In this document: positions 48,534-61,420 of the stretch, in pieces
How the letters are laid out: the number at the start of each line of letters is the position of its first letter
Numbering within the stretch: position 1 is the stretch's first letter
Source of the DNA: Octopus vulgaris
Lineage: Eukaryota
NCBI GenBank assembly: GCA_951406725.2
Contig: OX597822.1
Location: 91,016,001-91,080,000 of the forward strand
Direction of reading: 5' to 3'
DNA length: 64,000 nt
Program-made: the position numbers and the translations under genes
Notes under the pieces: generated by a model
Told to the model about the DNA's origin: nothing
Databases searched by the model: none
What the model saw: the letters and a program-made list of their open reading frames with translations, nothing else

Positions 48534-49795
48534 TATTGGGTTGGCAAGAAAGTAATTTCGTTTCTCACAAATAGATAGCATTATTTTTTTGTACGATTAT
48601 TGTCAATGTTAGGATTTTTTTTCCTTTTGACATTTGATAGCTGTTACTTTTGGCTTACTTTAAAAGCAAATTGCAAGTTAGTATAGTGTCAATTTTAACA
48701 TGGAGTGCAAAGATGAACATTTTTGCCATATTTTGCATTTTTATTTCATAAAGGCAAGAAAGTTGCTGAGGCTCACAAAGAGATATGTTGAGTTTATGGT
48801 GTTGATTGCTTAACAGAATGCACATGTCAGAAATAGTTTTAAAAATTCCGTTCAGGAGATTTTTCACTTGAAGATGACCAACATTCTGGTCGATCTATTG
48901 AAGATGATGATGACCAAAGCCATAATTGAATTTGATTGTCATACAACTGTGTGAGAGATTGCAGAAAGGTTAAATGTATCACAACAATTGAAAACCAATT
49001 AAAATGTCTTGGACTCATTAAGAAGCTTCATATTAGAGTTCCACATAAATCAAAAGAGATTCACTAAACACAATGAATCAATATTTGCGATATGCATCTC
49101 AAACACAATGAAATCAACCTTTTTTTTTAAATGTATCGTTACTGGCAATGAAAACTAGATTGTCTATAATAACATCAATTGAAAATATCATGGTCCAAGC
49201 ATAATGAACCAGCACAAACCACATCAAAAGCTGAATTGCTTCAAAAAAAGGTCCTGCTGTTGATTTGGTGGGATTACAAAGGAGCTGTGTATTTTGAGCT
49301 GCTTCCAAGGAACCAAGCGATCAATTCAGATGTTTATTGTCAACAACTAATGGAAATGGAGGAAGCAATCAAAGAAAAATGGCCAGAATTGGCAAATCAT
49401 AATGGAATCTTGTTCCACCATGACAAAGCTAGACCACACACGTCTTTGCTAACTCATGGAAAATCATTGGAGCTTGGTTGGGAAGTGATGTCACATCCAC
49501 CATATAGCCCTGACCTTGAACCATCAGATTATCATTTATTTTGAAGTTTGCAAAATTCTTTGAATGGTAAAACTTTCAATAATGATGATGACTTGAAATT
49601 GCACTTGCTTCAGTTTTGAGCTGATAAGGACCAGAAGTACTATGAGCACAGAATCAGGAAGTTGCAAGAAAGATGGCAAAAGGTCATCGAACAAAATGGA
49701 AAATATATAATTAATGAAAGTTCATTCCTTGTATAAAAGGAGATGACATTTATTTGACACTAAAAACCCGAAATTACTTTCTTTCCAACCCAATA
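48534..49795 (+). mobile_element. Full-length decayed mariner with TIRs
   Basis: TA-TTGGGTTGGCAAGAAAGTAATTTCG ... CGAAATTACTTTCTTTCCAACCCAA-TA; KKVLLLIWWDYKG, LFHHDKARPH, HPPYSPDLEPSDYHLF. Confidence 0.93.
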
Positions 49796-49821
49796 TATAA
49801 AAAGCAATTATAATTAATGGG

Positions 49822-50640
49822 TTATTTAGAATTGAAATATTTAAATACTTTTCTATATTTGTGAGAACATTTCAATGTAAAATTACCTTTATAATTTAAT
49901 AATACTAATTTAGAAGTAATTATATAATACATTTCCTCAAGGCAAAGATCATATTTAAAATTACCAGCATTGCACAATGGTGCATAACTAATAATGGACC
50001 ACTTTAAATCTTGCTTAATGTTCCTATCTTTTAAATCCCAAATGTATTTACGAAGATTTGTAGAATTACCTTTTCTTCTATACTTAAATGAATAAGAATA
50101 ATTATGAAATCTAGATTTCCAAATTATAGCAGATGAACCTATGTAATAACACTCACAATCCTCTGTTATTACCTTACATTGATACACTATATTCTTCCTT
50201 AAATACTGATTTTCTGATGGACAGATAATTTTGTTTTTACATTTACAAAGGTATTTATACACTTGTATTTGGTATTCATGGTTAAAAGAATTAGTACTAA
50301 TCTTCCTCTCAAAAGTATGTGTTAAGGCAGGATTATTATCAGTATTATAATTAATATCAAAACTAGGAGTTAACTGTAATATCAGAATCAGAATTACTCT
50401 TAGCGTATCAAAATCCAGTTCAGGAAAATTATCATTAGAGTTAATTCCACAATTCACTTTACTGGTTCTACTCATACAGATTTTGAATTGAGATACTGCC
50501 TAATTCTTCTTTTGTTATGTGCTGCTATGATAAACTGGCTTTCCTTAGAAAATGATATTTCTTTCATTGTGTCCCGGGAGAGTCATTATGCTAATATTAT
50601 TAACACATGCACTCGTTCAGTTCCACTCTTTTATTATTAG
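49822..50640 (-). mobile_element. Penelope-like element, GIY-YIG endonuclease C-terminus
   Basis: CKCKNKIICP...NIVYQCKV...YYIGSS...WKSRFHN...STNLRKYIWDLK...KWSII...DLCLEEMYYI...CSH. Confidence 0.85.
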
Positions 50641-50744
50641 TGAATTGGTTAATATCCAACTAAACTAAGCAATTGTTTGTTTAATTTGATTAAACAGCAA
50701 GTCATTTGTTTTGTTTTTGTTTGTCAAAGCTCTTTCATTACTAC

Positions 50745-51145
50745 TTACTCTTTACTTGTTTCAGTCATTTGACTGCGGCCATGCTGGAGCACTGCCTTTT
50801 AGTCGAGCAACTCGACCCCAGGACTTATTCTTTTGTAAGCCCAGTACTTATTCTATCGGTCTCTTTTGCCGAAACGCTAAGTAACGGGGACATAAACACA
50901 CCAGTATCGGTTGTCAAGCAATGCTAGGGGGACAAACACAGACACACAAACACACACACGCATATATATATATATACATATATACGACGGCCTTCTTTTC
51001 AGTTTCCGTCTACCAAATCCACTCACAAGGCTTTGGTCGGCCTGAGGCTATAGTAGAAGACACTTGCCCAAGGTGCCACGCAGTGGTACTGAACCCGGAA
51101 CCATGTGGTTGGTAAACAAGCTACTTACCACACAGCCACTCCTAC
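50745..51145 (-). mobile_element. SINE family A copy
   Basis: Same sequence as the 41063 copy. Confidence 0.9.
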
Positions 51146-51681
51146 TTGCAACCTTTTCAATGACTTTCATCTCAGTCCGTTACGAAAGCCGCATTTGTCT
51201 GCTTGAGACCTTGTTGCATGCAGGTATGTATGTATGCACGCTTGTATGTTTGTATATGTGTGTGAGAGTGTGCCTGTATGTATGTTTGTATGTGTACATC
51301 TGCTACCTTGTGCATGCATACTTGAGTGTATCTATGCATATGAGTTTGTATGTATGCACAAGTGCCATTTGTGTATGCATGTGTGCCTATATATGTCTGT
51401 GTGTGTATGCATGTGTGTGTGAGTTTGGTCGTGTGTTCCTGCTCTTTGTGTGTGTGTGTGTATGTGTATGTCTGTCCATACTACCTATGTACCTACCTGA
51501 CTATCTGTCTATCTATCTACCTACTTACCTACACACCTACCTACATGATTAACTAAGTAGCAAACAGTCTTTATAACTAACTTAACCACCTAAAACCTAT
51601 CTACTTACCAAACTACCTACCTATTTACCTACTTGACTGCCTACATAAGAATGTAACTGTGTATGTATGCTATCTCTGACT

Positions 51682-51903
51682 TGGCGAGCTGGCAGAAACG
51701 TTAGCACGCCGGGCAAAATACCTAGTCGTATTTCGTCTGTCGTTAAGTTCCGAGTTCAAATTCCGCCGAGGTCGACTTTGCCTTTCATCCTGTCGGGTCA
51801 ATAAATTAAGTACCAGCTACGCACTGGGGTCGATGTAATCGACTTAATCCCTTTGTCTGTCCTTGTTTGTCCCCTCTGTGTTTAGCCCCTTGTGGGTAGT
51901 AAT
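51682..51903 (+). mobile_element. tRNA-derived SINE, family C
   Basis: TGGCGAGCTGGCAGAAACGTTAGCACGCCGGG...GAGTTCAAATTCCGCC (A/B boxes), then a body and a tail ...GTCCTTGTTTGTCCCCTCTGTGT. Confidence 0.8.
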
Positions 51904-51907
51904 GTAA

Positions 51908-53632
51908 TATACTTTGATACTTTGATAGGTTTCGGCCATTATTGGCCCAGGCCATGTCTAACTTAATAGCACCACCTGGTGAAGTCTTTCAAGTCAGAAT
52001 TTGGGCACTATGGCCCACTCAAGTAGAGAGTTATTGTTTACAGAGACATATCCAGGTGTAGGGGGTTTATCCGGGATTTCTTGAAGGAATCTGTCCAAAG
52101 ACTTCTTGAACCCTATAGGGTCGGTTTCTGTTTTAATGTGTTTTGGTGTAATGTTAAAGAGAGCGGGGCCAATTGAGGTGAAATAATTGTGCCGTATTGT
52201 TGTTATGAGATGAGAGTGCGATTTTTGTTTTGGGCGGATGGCACGGGGCCCAAGCCTTGGATGTACCTTAAAGGTGATGCCAACATCATTTGGGCAATGC
52301 TGATGGAATATTTTCCACATCATGCAGATGATGTAGCGCTCACGACGACGTTGGAGAGAATAGAGTTTTAGCTTTTCTAGTTGACCCCAATAGTCGAGGC
52401 CTGTCATGCCATCTATCTTTTTTGTGATTGCCCTTTGAGGTGCTTCAACTTTTATGATACCTTGTATTGTGTGGGGAGACCACAGTGGACAACAGTATTC
52501 AAGGTGGGGTCGGGCAAAAGTGGAGAAGAGAAGGATAATGGTGTGAATATCTCTCGACTGGAAAGTTCTGAGAATCCAGGAACACATTCTGCGGGCCATG
52601 TCAACTTTGGTGTTTATATGAGTGGCCCAGCTTATGTTGTTGTCCACAATTACTCCCAAGTCTCTGATGTTGTTGGACGCCGCGAGAGTTTCACCTGAAG
52701 GAAGGGAGTATGGGAGTTTCAGGGCATCCTCTTTTCCAAAGTGGATTAACTCAAATTTATCCTCGTTCAGCAGCATATTGTTTTTTTCTGCCCATTGGAT
52801 AACAGCCAGTAGATCTGACTGAAGGCATGTCCGGTCACTCACCTCATTTATGACCCTCTGTAGCTTGGAATCATCTGCAAAGATTTTTATGTTGCTGTGC
52901 TTGATGATGTCATTAATGTCATTAATGTAAATGATGAAAAGAAGTGGGCCCAGCACAGTGCCTTGCGGAACGCCACTACTGACTTTGGCTGGGCTTGATT
53001 TTACCCCTTCAACTACAACATGTTGAGATCTGTCTGTCAGGAAATACTTGATCCATTTCAGTAACTTTCCAGAGACACCAATGTTGGATAGTTTTTTCAA
53101 TAGGATCTTGTGATCGACCCTGTTGAAGGCCTTACTGAAATCAAGGTAGATGACATCGATGTTGGGGCCCTCTCCCAAAGCTCTCAAAATGTCCTCAAAG
53201 TGATGCAGGAGCTGCGTTAGGCAGTCCCTTCCATTACGGAACCCATGTTGGTTGGAGATCAGCCGTCTGTTGCTTTCCAGAAATTGGGTTATTCGAGATC
53301 TCACCACCCTCTCAAATACCTTGATGATATGAGAGGTGAGTGAGATCGGACGGTAGTTCACTGCAAGGGACTTGTTTCCCTTTTTGAAAACTGGGACAAC
53401 AGACTGGGACAGAAGGTTTTTGGAATATAGCCAGCATCCAGTGAGTTTCTCCACAGATTAGCAAGGGGAGATGCAAGTTGGTGTCGACACACCTTTAGGA
53501 CACAAGCAGGGAACCTATCGGGGCCTACTGCTGAATTGTGTTTTATTTCGTTTATCGCCGCTAAGACATCAGGGGCACTAAACGTTATGTCCGATATAGT
53601 GTGTTGGGGGTTGACATCACTGATACAGCCCA
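51908..53632 (-). mobile_element. 5'-truncated CR1/L2-group LINE with a long open RT frame
   Basis: 486-aa ORF with NYRPISLTSH, QHGFR, DVIYLDFSKAF, SGVPQGTVLGPLLFIIYINDI, FADD and RPHLEYC. One frameshift near 53420, upstream AVGPDRFPA, and a 3' (ATCAAAGT)2 tail. Confidence 0.93.
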
Positions 53633-53887
53633 GATATATGTGTATTTCCTATTTAGTATGGGTAATATTTCATTAATGAAACATTATTACAGTATTAACT
53701 GTAAAACTAGGAATATAGTCAACAGCATGAGGTGTATGGAAGGAGTCTGTAAGGACAGAAACACGGCATACATTAGCTGAAAGGCTAAATGAGAACTGGA
53801 AAGAGCCTGACCTCAGTTTAAACTGAAAGGCGTTCGTTGCAACAAATGTAAACACAGAAAAACTTCACGAAATATATATATATCTTT

Positions 53888-54267
53888 TTTTACTTGTTTC
53901 AGTCATTTTGACTGCGGCCATGCTGGAGCACCGCCTTTAATCGAGCAACTCGACCCCGGGACTTATTCTTTGTAAGCCCAGTACTTATTCTATCGGTCTC
54001 TTTTTGCCGAACCACTAAGTAACGGGGACGTAAACACACCAGCATCGGTTGTCAAGCAATGCTAGGGGGACAAACACAGACACAGAAACATACACGCACA
54101 TACATATATACGACGGGCTTCTTTCAGTTTCCGTCTACCAAATCCACTCACAAGGCATTGGTCGACCCGAGGCTATAGTAGAAGACACTTGCCCAAGGTG
54201 CCACGCAGTGGGACTGAACCCGGAACCATGTGGTTGGTAAACAAGCTACTTACCACACAGCCACTCT
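53888..54267 (-). mobile_element. SINE family A copy
   Basis: Same sequence as the 41063 and 50745 copies. Confidence 0.9.
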
Positions 54268-54780
54268 TGTGAAGAATACGTAAAATTAAGGCAATTGAAT
54301 CAACACAACACAACACAACGTGTGGGTGAAATGAAACACAACTACAACATGCAGTTGTCATGGTAATAAGTTGTTAATGCTTCGCAGTCTGTTGATTGGC
54401 TAAAATTACCCAAATTTTCCCAACTTTAATTCCAAATAACATCAGATTCTTTAATTTACGAGATAAAGTAATCGGCTGATCGTAATCGAAATTCAGAGTA
54501 GCATCGATGCACCAAAATTTAAAGCCATCTGAGCAAAATTAAATAGGGTTGATTTTGTGAATCTACACCCACATTTGAAAGGTATTTGTAAATAATTTCA
54601 TTCAAATACATCCATTTTTCTGAAAGTTTGGAAGAAAGAAATTTGTGAACAGCGAACACATATGTTGATATGCGCCACATGGTTTAAGAGAAATATTTTT
54701 GGTTATATTTATAAATTCAAAGGAGTTGTTTTTAAGGGGGTAAAAGCGAAAACAGATATTTGCTATATATTAAGAAGAAA

Positions 54781-55186
54781 TCTTTATATATAAAAGTGAA
54801 GTTGTGTGTCTGTCTCCTACGATTTAGATTCCTAACTACTCCCACATTTTGCGGTGCAGTGTAACCAAAAGCGGGTATCTTATAGTCGTGATTCATATCG
54901 AGCCCTTCTGGGTATTAGCGCGCGTCTACGATGAGTCTACGATTTAAAAAAAAATTTACCATAATTTTTTTCTCATTTTTAACGTCTTTTTTTTTTTGCT
55001 ATTATATAGGGGAAGTAACTCTCTAAAAATGTATTATTAAATCTCAGAACGTAAAAAGCTACAGTAACACCCACCCACCCCTTTGTGGTTAGCCATATTG
55101 AGATGGCTATTATACTTTACATCTCTAAAAATGCTTATATAGTTATTTCCCTTACAAATCCGAGCAACGCCGGGCGATATTACTAG
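54781..55186 (+). mobile_element. Intact non-autonomous Helitron (406 bp)
   Basis: A|TCTTTATATATAAAAG ... CCGAGCAACGCCGGG hairpin ... CTAG|T: 5'-TC, 3'-CTAG, inserted at an AT dinucleotide with no TSD. Confidence 0.9.
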
Positions 55187-55428
55187 TATAATGTAAATAC
55201 GAATCCAAAAACATTTTACCCTCCCTACTTGATAATATCCAGTTGTCAACTCGGTAATAAATATAATTATAAATAAATTTTAACAATGTATTCTTTATAG
55301 TTGAAGTTAGTTTTATATGTTTATATTCACTTCAATGACATTATATTTAAGAATAAGTATAAGTTTGTACGAAACTATTGCTGTGTCAGAATTTGCTGAG
55401 TTTACATCCCAGGTGCCAATTTTGACGA

Positions 55429-55445
55429 CTTCCTCTTCCGTTTCA
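55429..55445 (+). promoter_or_regulatory. RPL37A: TCT initiator / 5'TOP pyrimidine tract of RPL37A
   Basis: CTTCCTCTTCCGTTTC about 25 nt upstream of ATG|GT matches the YC+1TYTYY motif typical of ribosomal protein genes. Confidence 0.75.
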
Positions 55446-55458
55446 GTGATCTCCAGAA

Positions 55459-55461
55459 ATG
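55459..55461 (+). CDS. RPL37A: RPL37A coding exon 1 (ATG only)
   Basis: GAAATG|GTTTGT after the TOP tract. Exon 2 starts at Ala2 in phase 0. Confidence 0.75.
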
Positions 55462-55948
55462 GTTTGTATTTGTTCTTGTCTCGCTTATCTTGATTAATCT
55501 TTGTAATTTCTGAGATTTGATTATTGAAAAAATATATGAAATGTCTCAATCAATACTCTAGCATATGTTAATTTTATTATTTTTATGTAATTATAATTCA
55601 GAAGTTGATTTATGTAACCACAACATGAGGTGTGCTCAACCATGTATAATATCTTTCGTGTGAAAATTTCTTTTTTCTACATTATCTACATATATTTAGA
55701 AAATCCTTGTATTTATATTAGTTCTTTCAGAAAATCTGTAATCTTTTAGCTGTTTCCAAAGACATTCATTGTTAAATTTGTTAATTGATTTCATGCTAAC
55801 AGTAACAAACTTCTCAGATTTCGTGCTTTTAGTAAGCCAAAATCACACTGTTTTGTAGTATTTAAAGTAGCGGTAATAGAATTGCAATTGATTATACCGT
55901 TTCGTCGGAAATAGGCAATATATTTCTCGCGTTTTTCCGTTTTGTTAG

Positions 55949-56077
55949 GCTAAACGTACAAAAAAGGTCGGAATTTGCGGTAAATATGGTACCCGGTATG
56001 GTGCCTCGTTGCGTAAGACAGTTAAGAAGATGGAAGTATCTCAGCACGCCAAATATACCTGCAAATTTTGTGGCAAG
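55949..56077 (+). CDS. RPL37A: 60S ribosomal protein L37a (eL43), exon 2
   Basis: tgttag|[43 protein letters not shown]|gtaagc. The remaining exons were not found in the window. Confidence 0.97.
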
Positions 56078-56626
56078 GTAAGCATTTTATTAATTTTTCA
56101 TCGCTTCTGTCTGTTCCGATATAGACAAGTTGCAAATATAGGGATTTATGGGCAATTACTTGTTGGCGGGCCGTCACAACACATCCATTCGCTTTTTTTT
56201 TTTTTTTTTCCCCTACCCCCCCTACAGAAACCCACGTTTTCGACCACGGAGATTCTGGAAAAAAAGTTAGCATTTCACACACCCTCGCAATTCATTTTCC
56301 ACTTTTTTTCAAAAATTTATTGGCATTCTTTCGGATTCAGTCAATTTCCGTGAGCACGTGTCGTTTTGTACGCGTGTTCTGTTTTTATGTATTTAATGTT
56401 GCAATATTTCGGATCTTTGGTGGTTAAAATTAAAAAAACCCACATGGACTATTATAACTAATACTGCTTTTGGTACTTGTATCGCAGAGTGGTCTCGGTT
56501 TGCGCAGGCGCGCGTCCGTGCTAGCCGGACGTAGGCAGTCGATCCTACAAGCTGACTGGCGCATGCACGATATATACTTGTATATATACGATATATACTT
56601 GTATCGCACGTCTCCGATTCGCGCGC

Positions 56627-59046
56627 GCGATTGTATGACGAGGGAAGTTCTTTTGAAGTTACCGTGCATGGGAAGCATTGATGTACATGTGTGTGTTTGG
56701 GGAGACAGAAGTATGGTGTGTAAGTGAAGTGCTTCTGTTAGTGTGTGTGAAGAGACAGAGTAATGTGTGAAAGAGAGAGATAACTGAAATTTTTTACTCG
56801 GTTTTTGCAGTGCGTGCGTATGTGTATGTATGTATCGATGTGTGTGTGTATGTATGGCCGATTCAGTGTTTACATTATTTCGAGTTAAAACAAAAGATTA
56901 CCTTTGCCTGTTTATGTAACGGTCTGCTATGTAGAAAATAATGAGGTTGACTCAATGGAATAATGACAGTAATCGAAGATATAGACAAAATTTTTTTATT
57001 TAATCGTTATATATGCCTTGTCGACGGCAACTGTTTCCCTCGTGGATCTGTGCATCGGGTTACAGTACATGTGGAATGTAATTGGTGTGTGTCCATTATT
57101 GAGTCGGTGACTTCATTCCTTTCATGTTGGGCATGTGTCCTATAATTCTTGTTGATGCGACTGGCACAGACTGTAATTGTTTTCAGGAGTTCATGCGATG
57201 CTGAAGCAGTAAGTCTTTGAAGTCGAGCTCACCAAATATAATGGATAAGGTAACGAAGACTGCAGTTCTGTGGCTCGAGGGTCAGCAATTGTGGCAGGGT
57301 TGTTGTGTTCGAATCACGTGGGTAACCAGTTGTATCGTTGTGGTTGATGTATTCTAATAACGTCGGTCTGTCACCAATTGTCGATGCTCGATGCTGACAA
57401 TGTCACTTCTTCATTTCGGCCTATTGTTTTCGTGTGGTGTCTGTGTAGACGCGGAAAAGTTTTAAGTCAAACGGAAAACACATCAATTGACTTAGCAAAG
57501 CCATGTGATGAAATTAACTCAAAGAACAATGCACTACATATGTATAAGTAGCTACAGCTAGTTCTAACCATTTCTCTTATTTCTGTAAAATGAATTGTGA
57601 TAACAAATTTCAGAGAAGAAACTGTGCGTGGTAGCAAATTGTTTCATGTTTGATTTTTAAAACAAATTTGGTTCAGACTCTCGATGTAATGAATACCAAA
57701 TTAAACATTAGACCAAATTTTGCTTGCACTGGTTATTTCCGTGTGTAGAAGACAATTTTGTAATGGTATTTTAAAATTCCAAAAATCATTAAAGTTACAA
57801 GATCTGAAAGGAACATGTACCAGTTGACAATTGCCTCTGGTCCAATTCCAACTTCACCCATCACAACACTGTTTACATTCAATTATTGCCCAGTAATACA
57901 TCAACTCGAGAAGACAAGTCAATGGTAGGTGGGATTGATCCACAATTCATCTACACAGATACCACACGAAAACAATAGGTGTCACAGTGATATACCTCTT
58001 TTTCTACAGTCGGCCGAAATGAAGAAGTGACAATGCCACCTTCACATTCTCTATTGTCAGCATCGAGCATCGGTGACAGACCGACGTTATTAGAATACAT
58101 CAACCACAACGATACAACTGGTTACCCACGTGATTCGAACACAACAACCCTGCCACAATTGCTGAGCCCCGAGCCACAGTCTTCGTTACCTTATCCATTA
58201 CATTTGGTGAGCTCAACTTCAAAGACTTACTGCTTCAGCATCGCATGAACTCTTGAAAACAATTACAGTCTGTGCCAGTCGCATCAACAAGAATTATAGG
58301 ACACGAACTTTCACGACATAGTTTTCAGTTCCATCGTCACATGCCCAACACAATACGAAAGGAATTAAGTCACCGACTCAATGGACACACACCAATTACA
58401 TTCCACATGTACTGCAACCCGATGCACAGATCCACGAGGGAAACAGTTGCCATACATAAATGCAACACTTAGGACAGCTACCCAACCAAGAAAACTAACC
58501 TTTTCACACAGGACATTACCAGTCAGATTTTGTCACTTTTCGTTACACATGCATATATATATGCATGCTTGCATCCAATTTCTGTGCACATCTATAGACT
58601 ATTAACTTTTTTTCCTTTGCATGCAACTCTTTTCTCATGAGAAGAATATCTCCTCCTCATTTTATAACTCTGCCGTCTTTTTCTTACTATTTCACCATCG
58701 TCACATCAACAGACATTAAGGCTGCACAGTAGTGGTCGACAAGGCATGTATAACGATTAAATAAAAAAATTTTTGTCTATATCTTCGATCACTGTCATTA
58801 TTCCATTGAGTCAACCTCATTATTTTCTACATAGCAGACCGTTACATAAACAGGCAAAGGTAATCTTTTGTTTTAACTCGAAATAATGTAAACACTGAAT
58901 CGGCCATACATACACATACATGCATACACACGCACGCACTACAAAAACCAAATAAAAAATTTCAGTTATCTCTCTCTTTCACACATGTACATCAATGCTT
59001 CCCATGCACGGTAACTTCAAAAGAACTTCCCTCGTCATACAATCGC
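56627..59046. repeat. Long inverted repeat (arms 56627-57449 and 57950-59046, ~500-bp spacer) in RPL37A intron 2
   Basis: For example, GCGATTGTATGACGAGGGAAGTTCTTTTGAAGTTACCG pairs with CGGTAACTTCAAAAGAACTTCCCTCGTCATACAATCGC. Long near-identical blocks carry arm-specific indels. Confidence 0.95.
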
Positions 59047-60299
59047 TTTCTCTTAGTCTCTTTCGCTTTCATTACTTCAAAAGTTCCCGCAAGCCCATAT
59101 GTAAACAAATATACGTGGTTTGTAGTGTTCTTGTAACGAAACATCGCCTAAAAGGGTAAATAAAAAATTATGGGGGAGATTACTAATTGGATATAAGTTG
59201 ACATGAAATTTTGAAAGTGTTTGCATATTCGGAATTTGTCATCTAAGACAAGGGGTTGGTCTTCCTTCCTTCTCCATAATCGTAATCTCCGACGTATAAA
59301 ACTTAGGAATCCTATATGAACCATAACGGACAGACTTGGGTAATTGTTCAGTAAGGTTATGGCGTGATTCCATGGATAAAAGTAAGTTCCTTTTACTACA
59401 TATGTCCCCCTTTATTTTATTTTTTTTATAACCATACCGAAATTTGTTATTCTAAATTCAATCTATTCTTCAGTTGTGAAATCAGTTCTGAATTCAGAAT
59501 ATATAAAGAAAATGGAAATACAAAATTTACCACTTTTATGGAGATGAATTCTATTATGTTACATAAGAGCTTCTGGGTAAACAACATTCTTTGTTTTCTG
59601 GTTTGGAACATAGACAAATAAGTTTTGCAAACTACCGATCCTGGATCAACCAACATACAGTTGACCATGAGAAAAGCAAAGGTCAATTAAGTGCAAGCCA
59701 GTCGATTTCAAAGTCTGATTTTGAGACAAAGCAAACACTGGGAATTGTATTCATTAGAACTCAAATGGCATGTCTGTTGGTTTGATTGGAATTCTTGGAA
59801 TGAAAACCTTTTCCCTAGAAGCACATTCAGTGTTGATGGTAGCTTCTGTCACATTGTGGTAATGTCTTCACAATCAACCTTGTACCATTGCATAATTTAG
59901 GAGGATCTAAATTTCTTAGAAGCATTATTAGGACTCTTGCCTTCAGAAAAAGCTTGTGAAGAAGTGCCAGATGGTTCAAGAGATTTGGCTTTTATTTCTA
60001 GCTTGAAGTTTGTTTTTTGTTTTTCCTTGTTGAGAATTGAAATTTTAAAATTTTTCTTCGGGATTGTATACGTATTTCGCAAGAAAAAATGAGGGAGTAG
60101 GTTGAAATTTTGAAAAAAAATGTTTTAAAATTGGTTTCTCCATAACCAAAAGTGTGGGATCCCGTAAAAGAAAAAGTCAATATCCATTTCCCCAAAAGTT
60201 ATGATAGAAAAATCGTGTCTTGTGAATTTTCCAAAAGTCCCTTCACCATCCTGCTAGGGTTGTCAGTGCACTTCTTTTTTTTCTTTCTTTCTTCAAATT

Positions 60300-61420
60300 C
60301 GTGTTCCCGGGTGAAGGTCTTTATATTGACCATTGTCTCATTCTTTCGAGCAAGAATTACCCTGTCACACAACCATTTATGTGAATAATAATTGTTACTT
60401 AGATCTAGAAATACTCTGGTCTTCAATTCAGCTGGGGAAATTCACCATGGTAGTAATATGAGCCAAATTGATATCACCATTCCCATCAAATGGGTACTTT
60501 CCCATTTCCTAATTGGAGGATCCAGGTTGAAAACTGTTCTGCACATTGATCCCCATCTAATAAGACTCACATGTTAGTATTGAAGGAGAATTTCAGTACT
60601 TTATTCCACAGGTGTGAAGACTTAATGCATGCTTTTATTTCATCAGGTCTTGTTCATCTTGGAATGACTGGTAATGTCAGTCTGAAGTCTCCTGATAAAA
60701 CTAATGTAACTCCTCCCGTAGATTTCTTACTGCTTATGTCTTGTAAGGTCTTATCAAGAGCTTCCATTGAACCTCCATGTGACATAGTGCATTCATCCCA
60801 AATGATCAGGTGGCGTTGGTGCAACACTTCTGTTGAACTTGACCTTGGACTCATTTGTGATGAGATTTCGCAGTAATTTAAATGCAGAATGAGCTGTTCA
60901 TCGTCCAGAGAGAAGTGTCAGCAATGCCGGATGATGCTACAACAACTGCAATTCTTTTTTGTTGCCTTAAGCAATGTTGTTACAAATGTTTTACCTGTGC
61001 CACCAGGAGCATCAAGAAAGAAAATTCCTCTCACTGACGAAATAATTTTATATACATAACGCTGTTCTGGAAGAAGCTTTGGTTCATGTTCATTTACATA
61101 TGCAGCCAACTCTGTAATGTCATAATTTGTCTCTTGAAGTTAAATCATTAATTTGGCAGTCCAGAGCCAGACTCTTGCAAATTTTTGCCTCCCATGGCCA
61201 AAACTCAATCCTCAATTTCAATCCATGCTTGGTTAAAAATTGTTTCAGAGAACTAAATATTGATATCTGGGTTTGCCTGTTGAACTGCATACTTTAAGTC
61301 CTCAGCCATGTCCCTACAATGTTTCATCCAAAGCTGTAGAGGACTGCCAAGTTGACGCATGTTCAGTATAATTGCAAAAGGTTAAAGCGTTTCTTTGGAG
61401 AATCTGATACTGATGCCTCC
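60300..61420 (-). mobile_element. Helitron Rep/Hel (PIF1-like helicase) remnant
   Basis: FFLDAPGGTGKTFV (Walker A), LIIWDECTMSH, GGVTLVLSGDFRLTLPVIPR and WLCDRVILARKNE, in broken frames. Confidence 0.9.

Noticed and set aside
56078-56353. C-terminal extension of the 114-aa ORF 56009..56353
   Set aside because: RPL37A similarity ends at CGK, exactly at a GTAAGC donor; the rest is intron.
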